A stretch of DNA of 63,652 nucleotides, filler included, from Basidiobolus ranarum (lineage: Eukaryota), in the NCBI GenBank assembly GCA_040143965.1. It is 23 parts of 23 records of this genome, joined end to end, with 100 filler letters (N's around TTAATTAATTAA, not from the genome) between each part and the next. Parts side by side here need not be neighbours in the genome. Positions count along the whole stretch, not along the records: positions 49,954 to 52,618 come from JASJQH010003089.1; positions 52,719 to 55,379 come from JASJQH010003090.1; positions 55,480 to 58,139 come from JASJQH010003091.1; positions 58,240 to 60,896 come from JASJQH010003093.1; positions 60,997 to 63,652 come from JASJQH010003094.1; 18 more parts are not named here. The stretch is one strand, 5' to 3'. Position numbers and translations under genes: made by a program. Position 1 is the stretch's first letter. Each line of letters begins with the position of its first letter. The notes under the pieces are model-generated. The model did not search any database, had not been told where the DNA came from, and worked only from the letters and a program-made list of their open reading frames with translations. Positions 50,611-63,530 of this stretch are shown here, piece by piece.

Positions 50611-50703
50611 AAAACCTGCTTCCATACAACTTTGACTTTCCCTATTATATTTTATCTAATCTGTTTGAAAGCGCTTGGTGTCATATGAATGTCACCACTA
50701 TCC
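50611..50703 (-). pseudogene. Inverted degenerate fragment of a second expansin-like gene
   Basis: DSGDIHMTPSAFKQI..(stops/frameshift)..GKVKVVWKQV. Confidence 0.7.
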
Positions 50704-53119
50704 GTGGTGAAGTTCAGCATCTATATCTTACTACTTGTTCCTACTTTTATCTATCGAACTATGCATTGTGTCACTTATAAGTTGGTTACCATTATTATTC
50801 TTATATTAGCTAACTGAAATTCTGAGCATATGTAGAGTAAATGTATGGATTATCCAAGGAGTGGTAATCTTGAAATCAAAAATATATTTAGTTCTAACTG
50901 ACTCCATGATGTATTTTACTTTGATTAATATTTGAAAAGTTACTGTATCTTGTGTACCTTGGAAAGTCAGTTAGTATCTATTAAACTCCCAAGATATAAA
51001 CTTCTAAAAACTACTGCCAAATGTCCCAAACCTTTCCAACAATATAGAGACATGTAGACTGTTCATCCCAAATAATTGGCAGGAACCACTTGCTCTTCCA
51101 ATTCCACTTGGCTTTTTTAACATCAGATGTGTGCTTGAAACATGGACTTAGAGCCACTACAATGACTTTCAATCCCTGGGCTTCTAGTCAGCAGCTATTT
51201 TACATATGAATATCTCAGTCTATATCTGTCTCAAGTGCTTTAAATTTGATCTTTTAATTTGAAAATACTTACAGTTCATTGAATTAGTGTATTATTGAGA
51301 TTTGGTGCTTGATACACAAGCAGTAATTGCATATTTTGAGAGGTATACTGTGTGGCTATTACAATATACTAAGTCAGGAACCACCTTGGATTTATATTTG
51401 TTAAGTGTCAAGAGATGCTATCTTCAAATCAAGGGTAAGGATCCACCTGATTAGTGTTGAATTATTTTCAGAGTTGTTGAAAGTGATTTAATGAACCTAG
51501 AGTATTGCCAAATTTTACTTGTTGACTGATCAAGTTAAACTCAATATCTCTCCTTTTGTCAAGCAGTAGATATAGTGGCATCAAAAAAATACTCATGAAG
51601 ATCCTAAGAATAACTGTACATATTTATTGGTGTCTTGGCCAAGTTTGAAAGATTTGAAAAATGCAAGTACTTGAAAAGTGCCGAAAATAGATTCTAAGGC
51701 AAATCCAAGTAATGATATTAAAGTTAATAAAGAAAGTGGCAACTTAGTGATCTCCTCCCATTATTTCCCTCAGCTAGTTTAAAACTGAACAACCCATTAG
51801 ATTAATACACAATTGAGAATAAGGTTTTTCATATATACACATATAGTTTCTGTCAGATATCAAAAAATCAGTTAAATAGCTATGCTATGATTTTATCCAG
51901 GGCAATGAGAAACGTGACAGGTATTGACCGGTCCTGAAACAAAGAGACAGTTAATTGTAGTACCTTAAGACTACTTTAGTAGGAGGTTTTAGCAAAGCAG
52001 ATCTCACTAATATATGTTTTGAGAATGCCAGTGGCTTGCTAGGCAGCTAGTATTAGTTTCTGTGACTGCTGATAGTTGCTAGACTATGTTAGAATCAGAG
52101 AGTAATGAATTATTCATTGCAACACACACTGAATCAAAAGATTCAATAACCTTTGTTTTGACTGTTAAAGTTTATTGTCTTTATCATATTTGTATCTCTA
52201 TCTTTATTCACTTGACTCTTTCATATATGACATACAAGTTAGTTAACATTACTTAGTCAAATATCACCTAACTGCAAATTGGAACATATATCATACATAT
52301 ATGTGTTGAAGTTTATTGTCTTTGTCATATTTATTATCTCTATCTTTATACACCTAACTATTTCATATATCACATATAAGTTAGTTAACATTACTTAGTC
52401 AAATATCACTTAGCTGAAAATCGGAACATATATTATATATATGTGAATAATGTGAGAATTAGCAATTCCATATTGGAAATTTCAAACTCATCCGAATTGC
52501 CCCAAAGATAGCTCATTTTACTCCCACAGATGTTCTGAACACAACCCCAGTGTTAGTTTTCTGTATTTCCACCAAAAAGTATAAATGATTTATTTCTGGA
52601 CAATAAACAATTATCTCANNNNNNNNNNNNNNNNNNNNNNNNNNNNNNNNNNNNNNNNNNNNTTAATTAATTAANNNNNNNNNNNNNNNNNNNNNNNNNN
52701 NNNNNNNNNNNNNNNNNNACAACATTATGTTGACTCAGTATGTGGTCATGTTCGTTTAAATATATGCCAACTACTTAGAAGACTAAACATGATTTAATAA
52801 GCAGCAGCCCTCTATAAAGGTATTCTGGAGAATATATTAAAGAAACTAGGGATTTTGAAGGTGACAAATTAGCATTCAAGTGATAAATGTGTAAAATTTG
52901 AGTTACATTTTTTGCACATGTGTTGATTAATAGTTCTGTAAGATTGTAGCCAATCATGAGCAACTATTTTACAAGATCTTGAAATTTAACTCTTGAAACT
53001 GAAAAAATTGATTAAAATCAAATCTAACTTGACAATTTTATGACAGTACGTAAATGTTCAATCCCAAATGGATTAAAATTGTGATGGTTTTTCTACAATA
53101 ACAATCCTCAAATTTTGTT

Positions 53120-53537
53120 AGGGTTTATAGAACAAGCTGAGAGGCCCTCCCTTGCCTACAAGGAATTCTTGGTGGACCTTTGGCAGCAATATCTTTAGAA
53201 ATGCACTCCCTTTATGCTTTATGTCAATCCTAGTCTCATTTCACTAATTTCTATTGTTGACAAACCATTTTCACCTTTATTACACCCTCTCACTCCTCTT
53301 AATAGTGTCTAGACTCTATGGACTTAATTTTTGTTCTTTACAACATTTATAACAATATTCCAGAACTTCACACTTTAGTCAGGAAACTACAAAAGTAGCT
53401 ATGGCTTCTTTGGTTTGTTTTAAAATAAAGATTTCACCTATTGGTGACTGTCTCTCCCCTAGCCCTTCTTTATTTATTTGTGTTGTATGACTTGAGATAA
53501 ATAAAGATTACACCTTCTGGTGCTTTTCATCCCCCTA
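53120..53537 (+). mobile_element. 3' end of a LINE-like element related to 56390-57491
   Basis: 'VDLWQQYL*KCTPFM...PLNSV' matches 'LDLWKQYLASITPFL...PLNTI'; same terminus CTGGTGCTTTTCATCCCCCTA. Confidence 0.65.
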
Positions 53538-53651
53538 TAATATATCAGTGTGTAACTTCATTGTGATCCACCCTTTTTTATGTATTTTTTTGATTCGTCT
53601 GAGTTTGGATATAACAGTGGTACACGCATACACTGGCTTAATTAACAAAAG

Positions 53652-54222
53652 AGTTGGCTTCTGTGCTACTCCTGTATTACAAGTTTCGAGTAATGGTCTT
53701 GAGGTATATTTAACTCTTTTGAGTAGCGAAGAATCTAATATTTCGTCGTGTATTACAAATACTCGATAGCACCTAATCAGGTTCCTTATTCCTTTTTTGA
53801 TTAAAGGTGATATCTGGTTAGTACCTTCGCTTCCGTACGAGAGTACCAACTAACCTACAATCAGTAATTTTCATCGTTCACCTCCATCACTTCCATCAGC
53901 ACTGTGATACCCTGAATTCAGTGCACAGAATAAAATATCCTCGTGCATTAACTGAGAGTAGCTATCTTCAAAAAGTGGGCAATCACTGGTGGATTCCCGA
54001 ATCTTAGTACCACTAAATAGCACTTAGCAGAAGAGATTATAAGCAGCGAGGAATCGGATCAAAAAGGATATAGAGAAACTAGTTGATCCGTGTGAGTTCG
54101 GGAATAACCACGATATACTGACCTAATCAATCAGAAAGTTGGCTTCTGTGCTACTCTTGTATTCAAAGTTTTGAGCAATGGTCTTGAGATATGTAGAACT
54201 CTTTAGGGTAGCGAAGAATCTA
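53652..54222 (+). repeat. Imperfect direct repeat of about 86 nt (53652-53737 and 54137-54222) upstream of the GPI-type gene
   Basis: GTTGGCTTCTGTGCTACTC.TGTATT...ATGGTCTTGAG...GTAGCGAAGAATCTA occurs twice. Confidence 0.85.
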
Positions 54223-54282
54223 GTCCGAACGAATCTATATAAATAAGAGAATTTGCTTAGGCTCTACTCAAGACCATCTCAA

Positions 54283-54939
54283 ATGTCGATACAATTCAAA
54301 GCGTTGTCTGCTGGTAGCGCAGATTGCCCTCCTGTTCCGTATGTCTTTAACTCTACTTACACCTTTAATAAGGATATTAGTGGTTGCATGATCTCTCCCA
54401 GTCAAGGTTTGCTCTACGATCCAAAATCCAAAATTGATATCACTTGGAACTTCAGCTCTGGTTCATGTAATAGTTATATAAATGGAGCTTTTGCCGCGGC
54501 AGGTTCAAGAGTGTTTAGCTTTGGAACCAGATATGTCTGTGGAAGCGATCGATATGATCAGCACACTTCAGTTACCAGTTCTTTGTCTGGCAGCAGCGTC
54601 AGTAATGCACCCATCTGCCCTGAATGTGCAGGAGATCATGTCACCCTCTACCTTGCTATAGAGAAAAGCACTGGAGTTACGTATGCTGGTGGGGTTGAAG
54701 TATACTTCAAGAAAGCAATTTCAACGCCGTCAGCTAGCCCAACAGTAGTAGCACCACCAGCTTCCCCTACAGCGAGCCCATTGCAGCCGATGAATGGGCC
54801 TCCTTCTGCCCCTACCTCTACCCCTTCTTCTACTCCCTCCACCTCACCAAATTCGGCGGCAATTCCAACTATCTCTAAATCTATCAAGCTGGTTGGGATC
54901 TTTCAACTTTTAGTTTTGACTCTAGCCATCAATTTGTAA
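54283..54939 (+). CDS. Cys-containing protein with a Pro/Ser/Thr stalk and hydrophobic GPI-like C-terminus
   Basis: 218-aa intronless ORF from ATG; TATATAA about 45 nt upstream; ..SPNSAA..LVGIFQLLVLTLAINL*. Confidence 0.8.
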   Translation: MSIQFKALSAGSADCPPVPYVFNSTYTFNKDISGCMISPSQGLLYDPKSKIDITWNFSSGSCNSYINGAFAAAGSRVFSFGTRYVCGSDRYDQHTSVTSSLSGSSVSNAPICPECAGDHVTLYLAIEKSTGVTYAGGVEVYFKKAISTPSASPTVVAPPASPTASPLQPMNGPPSAPTSTPSSTPSTSPNSAAIPTISKSIKLVGIFQLLVLTLAINL

Positions 54940-56029
54940 GTGTAAAGTTCGGTATGCAAATGGAAATGGAAATTAACGTCAGAAATGAATAAATGTTTAA
55001 CGCGTGATAATGGGATCTTTATTGGGGAATGTTCGCACGTAAAGACATTGTATTCTCACTAATGAAGGGAGCAAGTCATTAATGATTGTTAGGGGCTAAA
55101 GCTGTTAATTGCACAGCGATTGAATAGTAAATACTCACCGATGAAATCTCGATACAAATTCTGTTTTGGTTCAAGGAGTTACCAATTTCAACATATATGA
55201 CATTCCAGTGAAGTTTATATATTAAAGTTATGACTCCTGTTAACGCTGATTTGCGGGAATATATTTCACTGGAATTTCACATAAATTGATGATTCGCCAA
55301 ATTGATAATTCGCCCTAATTTAGCCCTAAGGATTCTTTGTCAAATGGCAATCATTTGGCTGAACGATTGGAGAGAATCTNNNNNNNNNNNNNNNNNNNNN
55401 NNNNNNNNNNNNNNNNNNNNNNNTTAATTAATTAANNNNNNNNNNNNNNNNNNNNNNNNNNNNNNNNNNNNNNNNNNNNTCATATCTAGGAAGTTTTATA
55501 GTGTTGATGCTTATGTGGGATGTAATATTTAGCTCAAGAACAGGAGCTACGCATGATTGACTCGAATTTCGATATCTCCACTGTATCCGATCGGTGCCTT
55601 GGCATTCTCACTTTGAGCAAAGTATCGATTCAGCATACAGTGCTTTCATGATTTTCTTTGTCTCTCATAAGTAACAATGTATTTTAGTCGTGGATTCTTT
55701 TAATAACTTCGGTATGTTACAATTTGCGGATGATTATTTACGTTACTAACAATACAGTAGAATATTCCCAAGTTCAATGTCAGACTTGAGTATGTTAATC
55801 AGCATGACTCATATTTGCGAGATTCCTGGCTTTCATTGTAGCTGTAATTCTATGTTTTATACCAGGTGCTATTCGTTCCTATCAGAAACGCTGTTGATAA
55901 GTAAACTATGTCGAAACTAATTAAACCTTAAGTTCTAGTAACATCGAATGGCCCAGCAGTGCTAAAGTACTAGTTTCTCATCCTCTAGTTTTCACGGTTT
56001 CTCTGGTGATCTTGACAGCACTACTTACG

Positions 56030-56389
56030 ATTTTTTCTCAAAATTTCCAGAATCTTTACACACAGTACTCTGGACCTTCTCCGGACACAGTATTCCCCGA
56101 AGGTAACTTTCATTGCTTGTTCACTATTTTATTAAATATATGCTGACCCACAACTATGCTCACTCTTCGTATAATAGAGGGTTTCGGCGTGCACACATTC
56201 GGCCTAATTAACCCTGATGGTGAAGCGGTGTTTGTCAAATGCCATTGGAAGCCAGTCCAAGGCTTAGCTACTCTAGTCTGGGACGAAGCGCAGAATATTG
56301 GAGGTAAAGATCCCTATTTCCATCGCAGAGATCTTTACACCGCAATCGACAATGGAGACTATCCTGAGTGGGAGTTGGGGGTACAAATA
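56030..56389 (+). pseudogene. Large-subunit (clade 2) catalase fragment cut off by a LINE insertion
   Basis: PESLHTVLW...[16 protein letters not shown]...WKPVQG...[32 protein letters not shown]; expected acceptor reads CAC instead of CAG. Confidence 0.85.
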
Positions 56390-57491
56390 TAGGGGGGATG
56401 AAAAGCACCAGGTGGAGTGGACTTTATTTAGCTTACATATTAATCCAAACAAAGTGACAATCAAGAAATTAATTTTTTACAATATCATATCCATACCTAA
56501 CTTGATGTCTAACGTAACTAAGTTCTGAGGATGTAAATATAGTGTTAAGGGGCAGAGGTGGTATGCGGAAAGAAAGGTACTTGGCACAAGCTAAATGGAC
56601 AATAGGACAAGAACTTGGAATATTAGGCATCAAGAAAGGTGTTATGGAGGCAAGGTATTGCTTCCATAGATCTAGCTGCAAGTCTATAGCAACAATTTTA
56701 GGCTGTTTTGTTTCATACAGTTGTAAAGCTAATTTGGAAACAAGAGGATTATCTTGCATCAGTTTCCAGTATGATAGTGGATTTGAAGATGGTATGCCAA
56801 GCCACTTCTTGATCATTGGATTTCTGCAGTCACTTAGTTGGTGTAAAAATGTTTCATTCAGAGCATAATCTTAGGGAGTCTCAGGCAAGTTGGGCATCAG
56901 CAGACTGAGGCAGTTGCTCCTGAATCTATCAGCTTAGAGTAGTCCCTTTGATAGAGTAGGAGCAGATGTACTCCATACTCCAAAGCTGGTATTACAAACT
57001 CCTTGCAAGTCTTTGGCAGCCATGATAACAGGTTTTGAGAGGTATGACTGCAGGCAACTTGTGAAAGGCATATTTAGCCAAGGCATTTTAACTGACAAGT
57101 GTTTCTGCACATCAATGCCAGTGGGAGTAAATGGGAAGCCAAGATAGGTTGCATGGTTCATTTCAGAGAGCTCAGTATCATAAAATGATATAGCACAACC
57201 AAGTGGAATTGTTTTGGCAATGGAAAGTTACAAGTTGTCTTCTGATAGATATCTCTGAATTTTAGCAGTAAACTGCAGTGGCTGAGAAGTAGAGACTTTA
57301 TTATTGTCAGCAAATAAAGTTAGCAAGGATCCAGGAGACAGCTGAGCAAAATTATTGAGAAACATTACAAAAAGCAGAGGACCTAGCACCAAACCTTGCA
57401 CTGTACCATTTGGCACTGGGTAAAAACAGGAGGAGAATTCAGGATGGAGGATTCTGGCTTTACTGTCAATAAAGAGGGCCCTTACTATCAA
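56390..57491 (-). mobile_element. Degenerate non-LTR (LINE-like) retroelement, RT to 3' end
   Basis: 'GTVQGLVLGPLLF..F.N', 'LFADN', 'YLGFPF..GID'. Confidence 0.8.
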
Positions 57492-57909
57492 TAGGGGGGA
57501 TGATAAGCACCAGAAGGTGTAATATTTATTTTGTTGGGAAAATATGGCTGTTTGGAAGAACATTAGCAAAGTGGAGTTGTGAATAGCTTTATGAGATAAT
57601 TATTTATTGTCCAGATATAAAGCATTTATTTATATATTGTGATGGAAATACAGATAACTAACTCTGGGGCTGTGTTCAGAACATCTGTGAAAGTAAAATG
57701 AGCTATCTTTGGGGCAGTTTAGATGAGTTTGAAATTTTCAATATGGAATTGCTAATTCTCACATTATTCACATATATATAATATATGTTTTGATTTGCAG
57801 TTAAGTGATATTTGACTAAGTAATGTTAACTAACTTATATGTGATATATATAGTAGTTAGGTGTATAAAGATAGACATTACAAATATGATGAAGACAATA
57901 AACTTCAAC

Positions 57910-58139
57910 ACTCCCACTCAACTAAATATTCATATATCTTAATCCTAACTTAAATCTTAATTCTTCAAATTTGGGCTTGGGTAATGGTTTGGTAAGGATG
58001 TCAGCAATCATGTCCTCAGTTGAACAGTACTCTAGTTGGACATGCTTATTCTCAATAGCTTGCCTAACAAAGTGATGTTGAATGTCAATGTGCTTACTTC
58101 TAGCTTGAGATATGGGATTTTAGCAAAAGTAATACAACT
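57910..58139 (-). mobile_element. Copia RNase H end and PPT before LTR B
   Basis: 'RSKHIDIQHHFVRQ.IE...V.LEYC.TEDMIADILTKPL'. Confidence 0.85.
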
Positions 58140-58239
58140 NNNNNNNNNNNNNNNNNNNNNNNNNNNNNNNNNNNNNNNNNNNNTTAATTAATTAANNNNN
58201 NNNNNNNNNNNNNNNNNNNNNNNNNNNNNNNNNNNNNNN

Positions 58240-60896
58240 AGATTTATGGTGAGTACTTTAGTAATGGAGCAAAGATCTATATTTGGGTGATTTCATCAAG
58301 ACTTTAAGATAGCAAATCAATGGTATGTAAGCCAAATACATACAATATTTACCGGATTCAGTGATTGCCAATTGTGTGCAAACAGTACATGACTTCAGGT
58401 TTTCAGACCACCGGTGAAAGCCAAACAACCATTTGGACACAAAGTTAATTTAATTACTGAAGGATTGTGAGTCAAACAATTGACAAATGTTTTCAACTAG
58501 TACCAGGTCTGGGCACCCAACATTTACCCATCAATTTGATAAAAGTGTTTGGGGGATTTGGAAGTGTTTTGGACAAGAGTTGGATTTGTGAATTAGACAC
58601 TTAAGTTTTACTGAATTGGATATGTCCTATTCATAGTCTACTATGAAACAGGACTATTGGACATGCTTAGATCAATACAAACATGCCTGTTAAGCATGGG
58701 TGAACATTTGAGGTGATTTGGAGAAGGTTTGAGAAATAGTGAAAATTTGTAAAAGTGATCTAATTGATATTTCTATCAATTAGAGCAACAAACACACATT
58801 TTTGAATGACAGAATTGAGTGCAAAATAATCAGAATATGAATAAACTAACTACTAAATAATGAGTTGCTATTTACCTAATTTTGACACAATTGTGATAAA
58901 AGTGTAAGAAAGCCAATAAACACCTGGTTGCTAAGATTGGATTGAACTCTCCACTCCTTGATAATCAAAGCTACTTCCTTTACTGTAAGTGTTATGATTG
59001 TACTAATGCTTGCCAATAACAAAGAGTCAATAACAAAACTGTATTCTTTTTCTTCATCTTCTGTTATACTATAATTAGTACTGGTATGACTAAGGTCAGC
59101 ATCTAGCTCCATGTCCTCAAAGTTTTGTGGACTTTTTGGATTGACCAAAGTTGCATTTCTACATACATCATTCTGATCATATAACTATGGTAACCCCATG
59201 GTGTCTTGACTTTCAGCAGTGTTACCAAAAGTATGAGGTAAAGCACTGCCTGTGGACTCAGTGGGCAAAACAAAAGTCAATTTTGTACACTTATTACTGT
59301 TGATATTTGGCTTTGTGCAGCTGGCAGCTTTGGACAATAGCCATGCTTATGATTATTTTTCTATGAAGCCTCCAGCTTTTGTAGCACAAGAATTTGCAAC
59401 AATAATAGTAGTACTTCTTTAAATCTTTGTGTTGCAGCATGACAAGGAAATTGTATAGAATAGAACACCTCCTACATTAAGGTGTGATTTTTGGTGTATC
59501 CCATCAATGTCATCAGCTGATTCTGAGACAGTGTCACAGATGAGTCAGCAGAGGATTTCCAAGATATTTCCTGTAATGGATGGCAATTTAGTTTATTATA
59601 TAATGTTTTTAAGGAATTCAAATACTCCAATTTTACCAACTGAAAGTGTCAATGCCATTCATAAAGCATTCAGAATCTGAATCAAAATTGGCTTCCTAAG
59701 CCTGATGGCACAAAAGGAAAATAACAAGCAAGAATAGAGGACTTAATTGATCAGCAGTTTAGCAATCCCCTATCCACTGGGGAAGGCACTAACATGCTGG
59801 AAACTAACTTAAGCAATGATGAAACACTAATCAATTTACTAGATTTGTTCCTTTCCAGCTATAGTGCAAGTGAGGTGATTGTAATCCTCCAATTATGTAG
59901 TAAATCAATAGTTGAGCAAAGTTCAACAGAAACACCATCAAAGCAATGAACTTCCAAAATGGCCACTTTGCCAGCTAGGAACACCCCCCCCATAGAAGAT
60001 ATGGATAGAATTTTTACCACAAGGGAATATGAGACAGAACACCATAATGACTTGTATGTGATTATTAGTAAAAAGTAAAAAGTTGCTATACAGGCTGTGA
60101 CAAGCAATAACACTGCAATATTGCAGTTAATGCATCATTCTGAAGCAACTAGTCAACAGTTAGAGAGTCACTCAACATTGAAAGAAGACCTTTAGAATGC
60201 TGTACTTGAGCTTTAGCAACATGCTGCTCCCTCCCTCCAATCTTATATGTGACTTTAATATAGCCCACACCATACATATGAATGTTACCATGACAATCTA
60301 GCAGAGGAGAATATGTGTTGGACCATTAAGCCTACACAACAACCCAAAATTGCTTGGAGGCATGAAAGTACAAATCTTGGGAAAACCTGTAAACCAAAAG
60401 ACTATGAATGTCAGAGCTACTGTCACTTGCTCTGACAATATGTGGTTCAACATCTTGGGAACTGTGTGAAATCTTGCCTGAAATCACCTAGTTTTGAGCC
60501 AATTGTGGAAAAAAGAACAACCAGGTGCCATGCTGAAGGTTCTTGACATATTTCATATGGCTTCTCCTGGGTTTTTGTAAGCTAATGGCAATCAGGCTAA
60601 GATAGGCCTTTTGATGAAACAACTCAAAAATGTGCACATGTGTCAACTTGGAAAAGAAAGAAAACAGTTAAAGTACTCAAGAAGCAGGAAGATAGTAAAC
60701 CAGAAAAGCAAAGAAGCCAGTGAGTTTAGTCCTTACTTACCCACTTATAAAGTTGCTCACATCATTACATGATCTGTATTTCCAGATTCAGATATACCAG
60801 CAGATATACTGGCAAAAGGGCTTGATGTTACAATGGAACCAGGTGCACCAGTTGTAAGAGTGCTAAATTCTGAGGTTTATCCAACACCTGGCATCT
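58240..60896. mobile_element. CACTA/Tnp2-like element: transposase 5' part (-), LTR-D insertion, divergent ORF remnant (+)
   Basis: Homology to 2787-3080, 6880-7920 and 41654-42900. Confidence 0.7.
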
Positions 60897-61917
60897 NNNN
60901 NNNNNNNNNNNNNNNNNNNNNNNNNNNNNNNNNNNNNNNNTTAATTAATTAANNNNNNNNNNNNNNNNNNNNNNNNNNNNNNNNNNNNNNNNNNNNGTCA
61001 ACTTTCAACTCAATAAATCAGTAAGTGAAAACCACTAATTTCTCTAATTCTCCAAACCACTTTCAACAGGCTCCCAAAATATTTCACCATATCGAAGTAA
61101 ACAAAGGAGAATTTATTGTCATTTTTGACTCCCATTACAGCTGGAATAATATGTTAATAATAACAATTATTATGAAATAATAATCCACTGGTTCAGTAAA
61201 GTTTAAGACTTTTCATCACTTTTCTCTTGGGCACAGCAAGGATCTTGAACTATTATATATTGAAAACTAGTATTTCACTCGAAGCCAGGTTGCTATTTAG
61301 GATAATGCTGTTATTATAAACTGTCAAGCTCTTAAAAGTCAAAATACCAAAATAATGAAGTTGGAAAGGATCATTGAAACAGACACAATTAGTATGTCTG
61401 CACTCAAACAGAACTTTCGCACTGCCAGAAGAGGCACTTTAAGTGATTGCCAGAAAATGAAGACTATTGATTATGGTGTTTCTTTTATTGAAAAATTGTC
61501 AAAAGATGAAATCCTTCCAGAAATTTGAGAAGTAGACATTACAGAGAGTGCAAGCTCTGGGCTCATAAACTGTTAAAGTATTTGGGAGCCTGTTGGAAGT
61601 GGTTTGGAGAAATAGAGAAATTGGTGGTTTTCACTTATTGATTTATTGAGTTGAAAGTTGACATTTATAGTTTTGTCAAGATATTACTAAGCTAACACAT
61701 AGAATGTGTTTAGGAAGGCTCCAGGAACATGTGTGCAATGTCTGGGATTTCTAGCACAAGTTTGAAAAATCTATATATCTGAGAACTTCTAAGCTGGTAA
61801 AAATATTCCAAGTAAATTCTGGTTAAAAATAATAAGTAATATCATAGTGAAATATAAGATAACTAAGTACTAAGCTATATATATCTAAATAGGTGCTTAG
61901 GCAATGATAATTTCAAC

Positions 61918-63530
61918 AGTCTCTCTTGACTAAACAGTTGTATAAACTACTCCTAAGGAAGATCTAAATCTCTCAAATTTCTGTCTAGCTAATGGTTTGG
62001 TTAATATATCAGCAGTCATGTCTTCTGTACAACAGTAAGTTAAGTCAATAAATGTATCCTCTATAGTCTCTCTAATGAAGTGATGTCTAATATCTGTATA
62101 TATGCTTCTATTATGAAATGTGGGATTTCTAGCCAATCTGATATAACTTTGATTATCTTGAAATATTGTGTTTAGTGATTTTTGAGAATAGCCCAAATCT
62201 GTTAAGAATTTTCTTAACCATATTGCTTCTTTTTTTGCTTCACAGACAGCCATGTTTTCTGTTTCTGTTGTTCAAAGTGCTACAGTAGGTTGTTTCTTTG
62301 AATTCCAAGAAATAGCTCCATGATAGCAAAGAAATAAGTATCCTGTTATAGATCTCCTCTCTTCAATATCCCTTCCCCAACTTGCATCTGAAAATCCTAC
62401 CAGATCAAAGTTTGATCGAGAATATTTGTATTTTAAGCACAGATCCATGGTACCTTTCAAACATCTGAAAATCTACCTTACTGCTATCATTTGATCAGAT
62501 CCATAATTTTGAAGATATTGGCATATAACCCCTATAGAATTTGCAACATCTAGCTATGTTCCCACCATGAAGTACATCAAGCTACCAACCACAGATTGAT
62601 AAGGAAGTTTATGGCTTTCATTTGTATCCAAGAAAGTCTGATTTCAGTCATTTTTGGTCAAGTCAAGATATGTCTCTATTGAGGTAATTACTGGATTACA
62701 TCCTTCCATTTTACACTTATTAACTATATTCAGGATATACTTTGACAGGTTTGAAGTTATTGTTTTGGTAGTTCTATTTATTTTAATTTACATTCAAAGA
62801 TAATATGTCACTTCACCAAGATCAGTTATTTTGAATTTAGCAGATAAGCTGGATTTGATTCTCTCCAAAATCTTTAAGTCATTGGTTGCTATAGTAAGGT
62901 CATCTACATGTAAGGCTAATAAGACTAGGTTTGTTTTATCTGGCCTTAAGTAGATACTATAGTCAACATTGCCCTTTCAGAATTTGAGTTTTACCAACAA
63001 AGCATCTATCTTGCTATTCCAAGCTCTTGGAGATTGTATTAAGCCATAGAGTGTTTTCTGGAGTCTGCAAACTTTTTTAGGGTTTTCTGGATCCAAAAAT
63101 TCATGTGGCTAGTCCTTATAGATGTCCTCAGCAAGCTCACCATTAAAAAAAGCAATTTTAATATCCATTTGATATATATTAGATTGATATTTAGCAGAAA
63201 ATGCTAAATTCAATCTAATTAAAATAAGCTTTGCTACAGGAACAAAAGTTTATGTATAATCTATTCCTGGTTGTTAGGAATGGCCTTTGGCTACTATTCT
63301 AGCCTTGTTCCTCTCTGTATTGCCATCAGAGTTGTATTTAAGTAAAATATCTATTGGCAGCCAATTGATTTTATATCTTCTGGTAAGTTGGTTAAAATGG
63401 AGGTTTTATTATCAATCAAAGCTTATTATCTATCAGCTATTGCAGATCTCCAAAATTTTCTATGAGGGTCATTCAAGGCCTCTTTTACAGTCTGGGGCTC
63501 ATGTAAATGTGCCTGGGATAGCAAAAAATT
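61918..63530 (-). mobile_element. Degenerate copia RT-RNase H with PPT; 3' LTR at 61572-61917
   Basis: 'GFSDASWG.DIEERRS.TGY.F...GAISWNSKKQPTVAL', 'MTADILTKPL', 'LHVDDL'. Confidence 0.92.

Noticed and set aside
2687-60996. Regularly spaced TTAATTAATTAA palindromes every ~2.77 kb, resembling an array
   Set aside because: Artificial six-frame-stop linker inside N runs; spacing reflects length-sorted contigs
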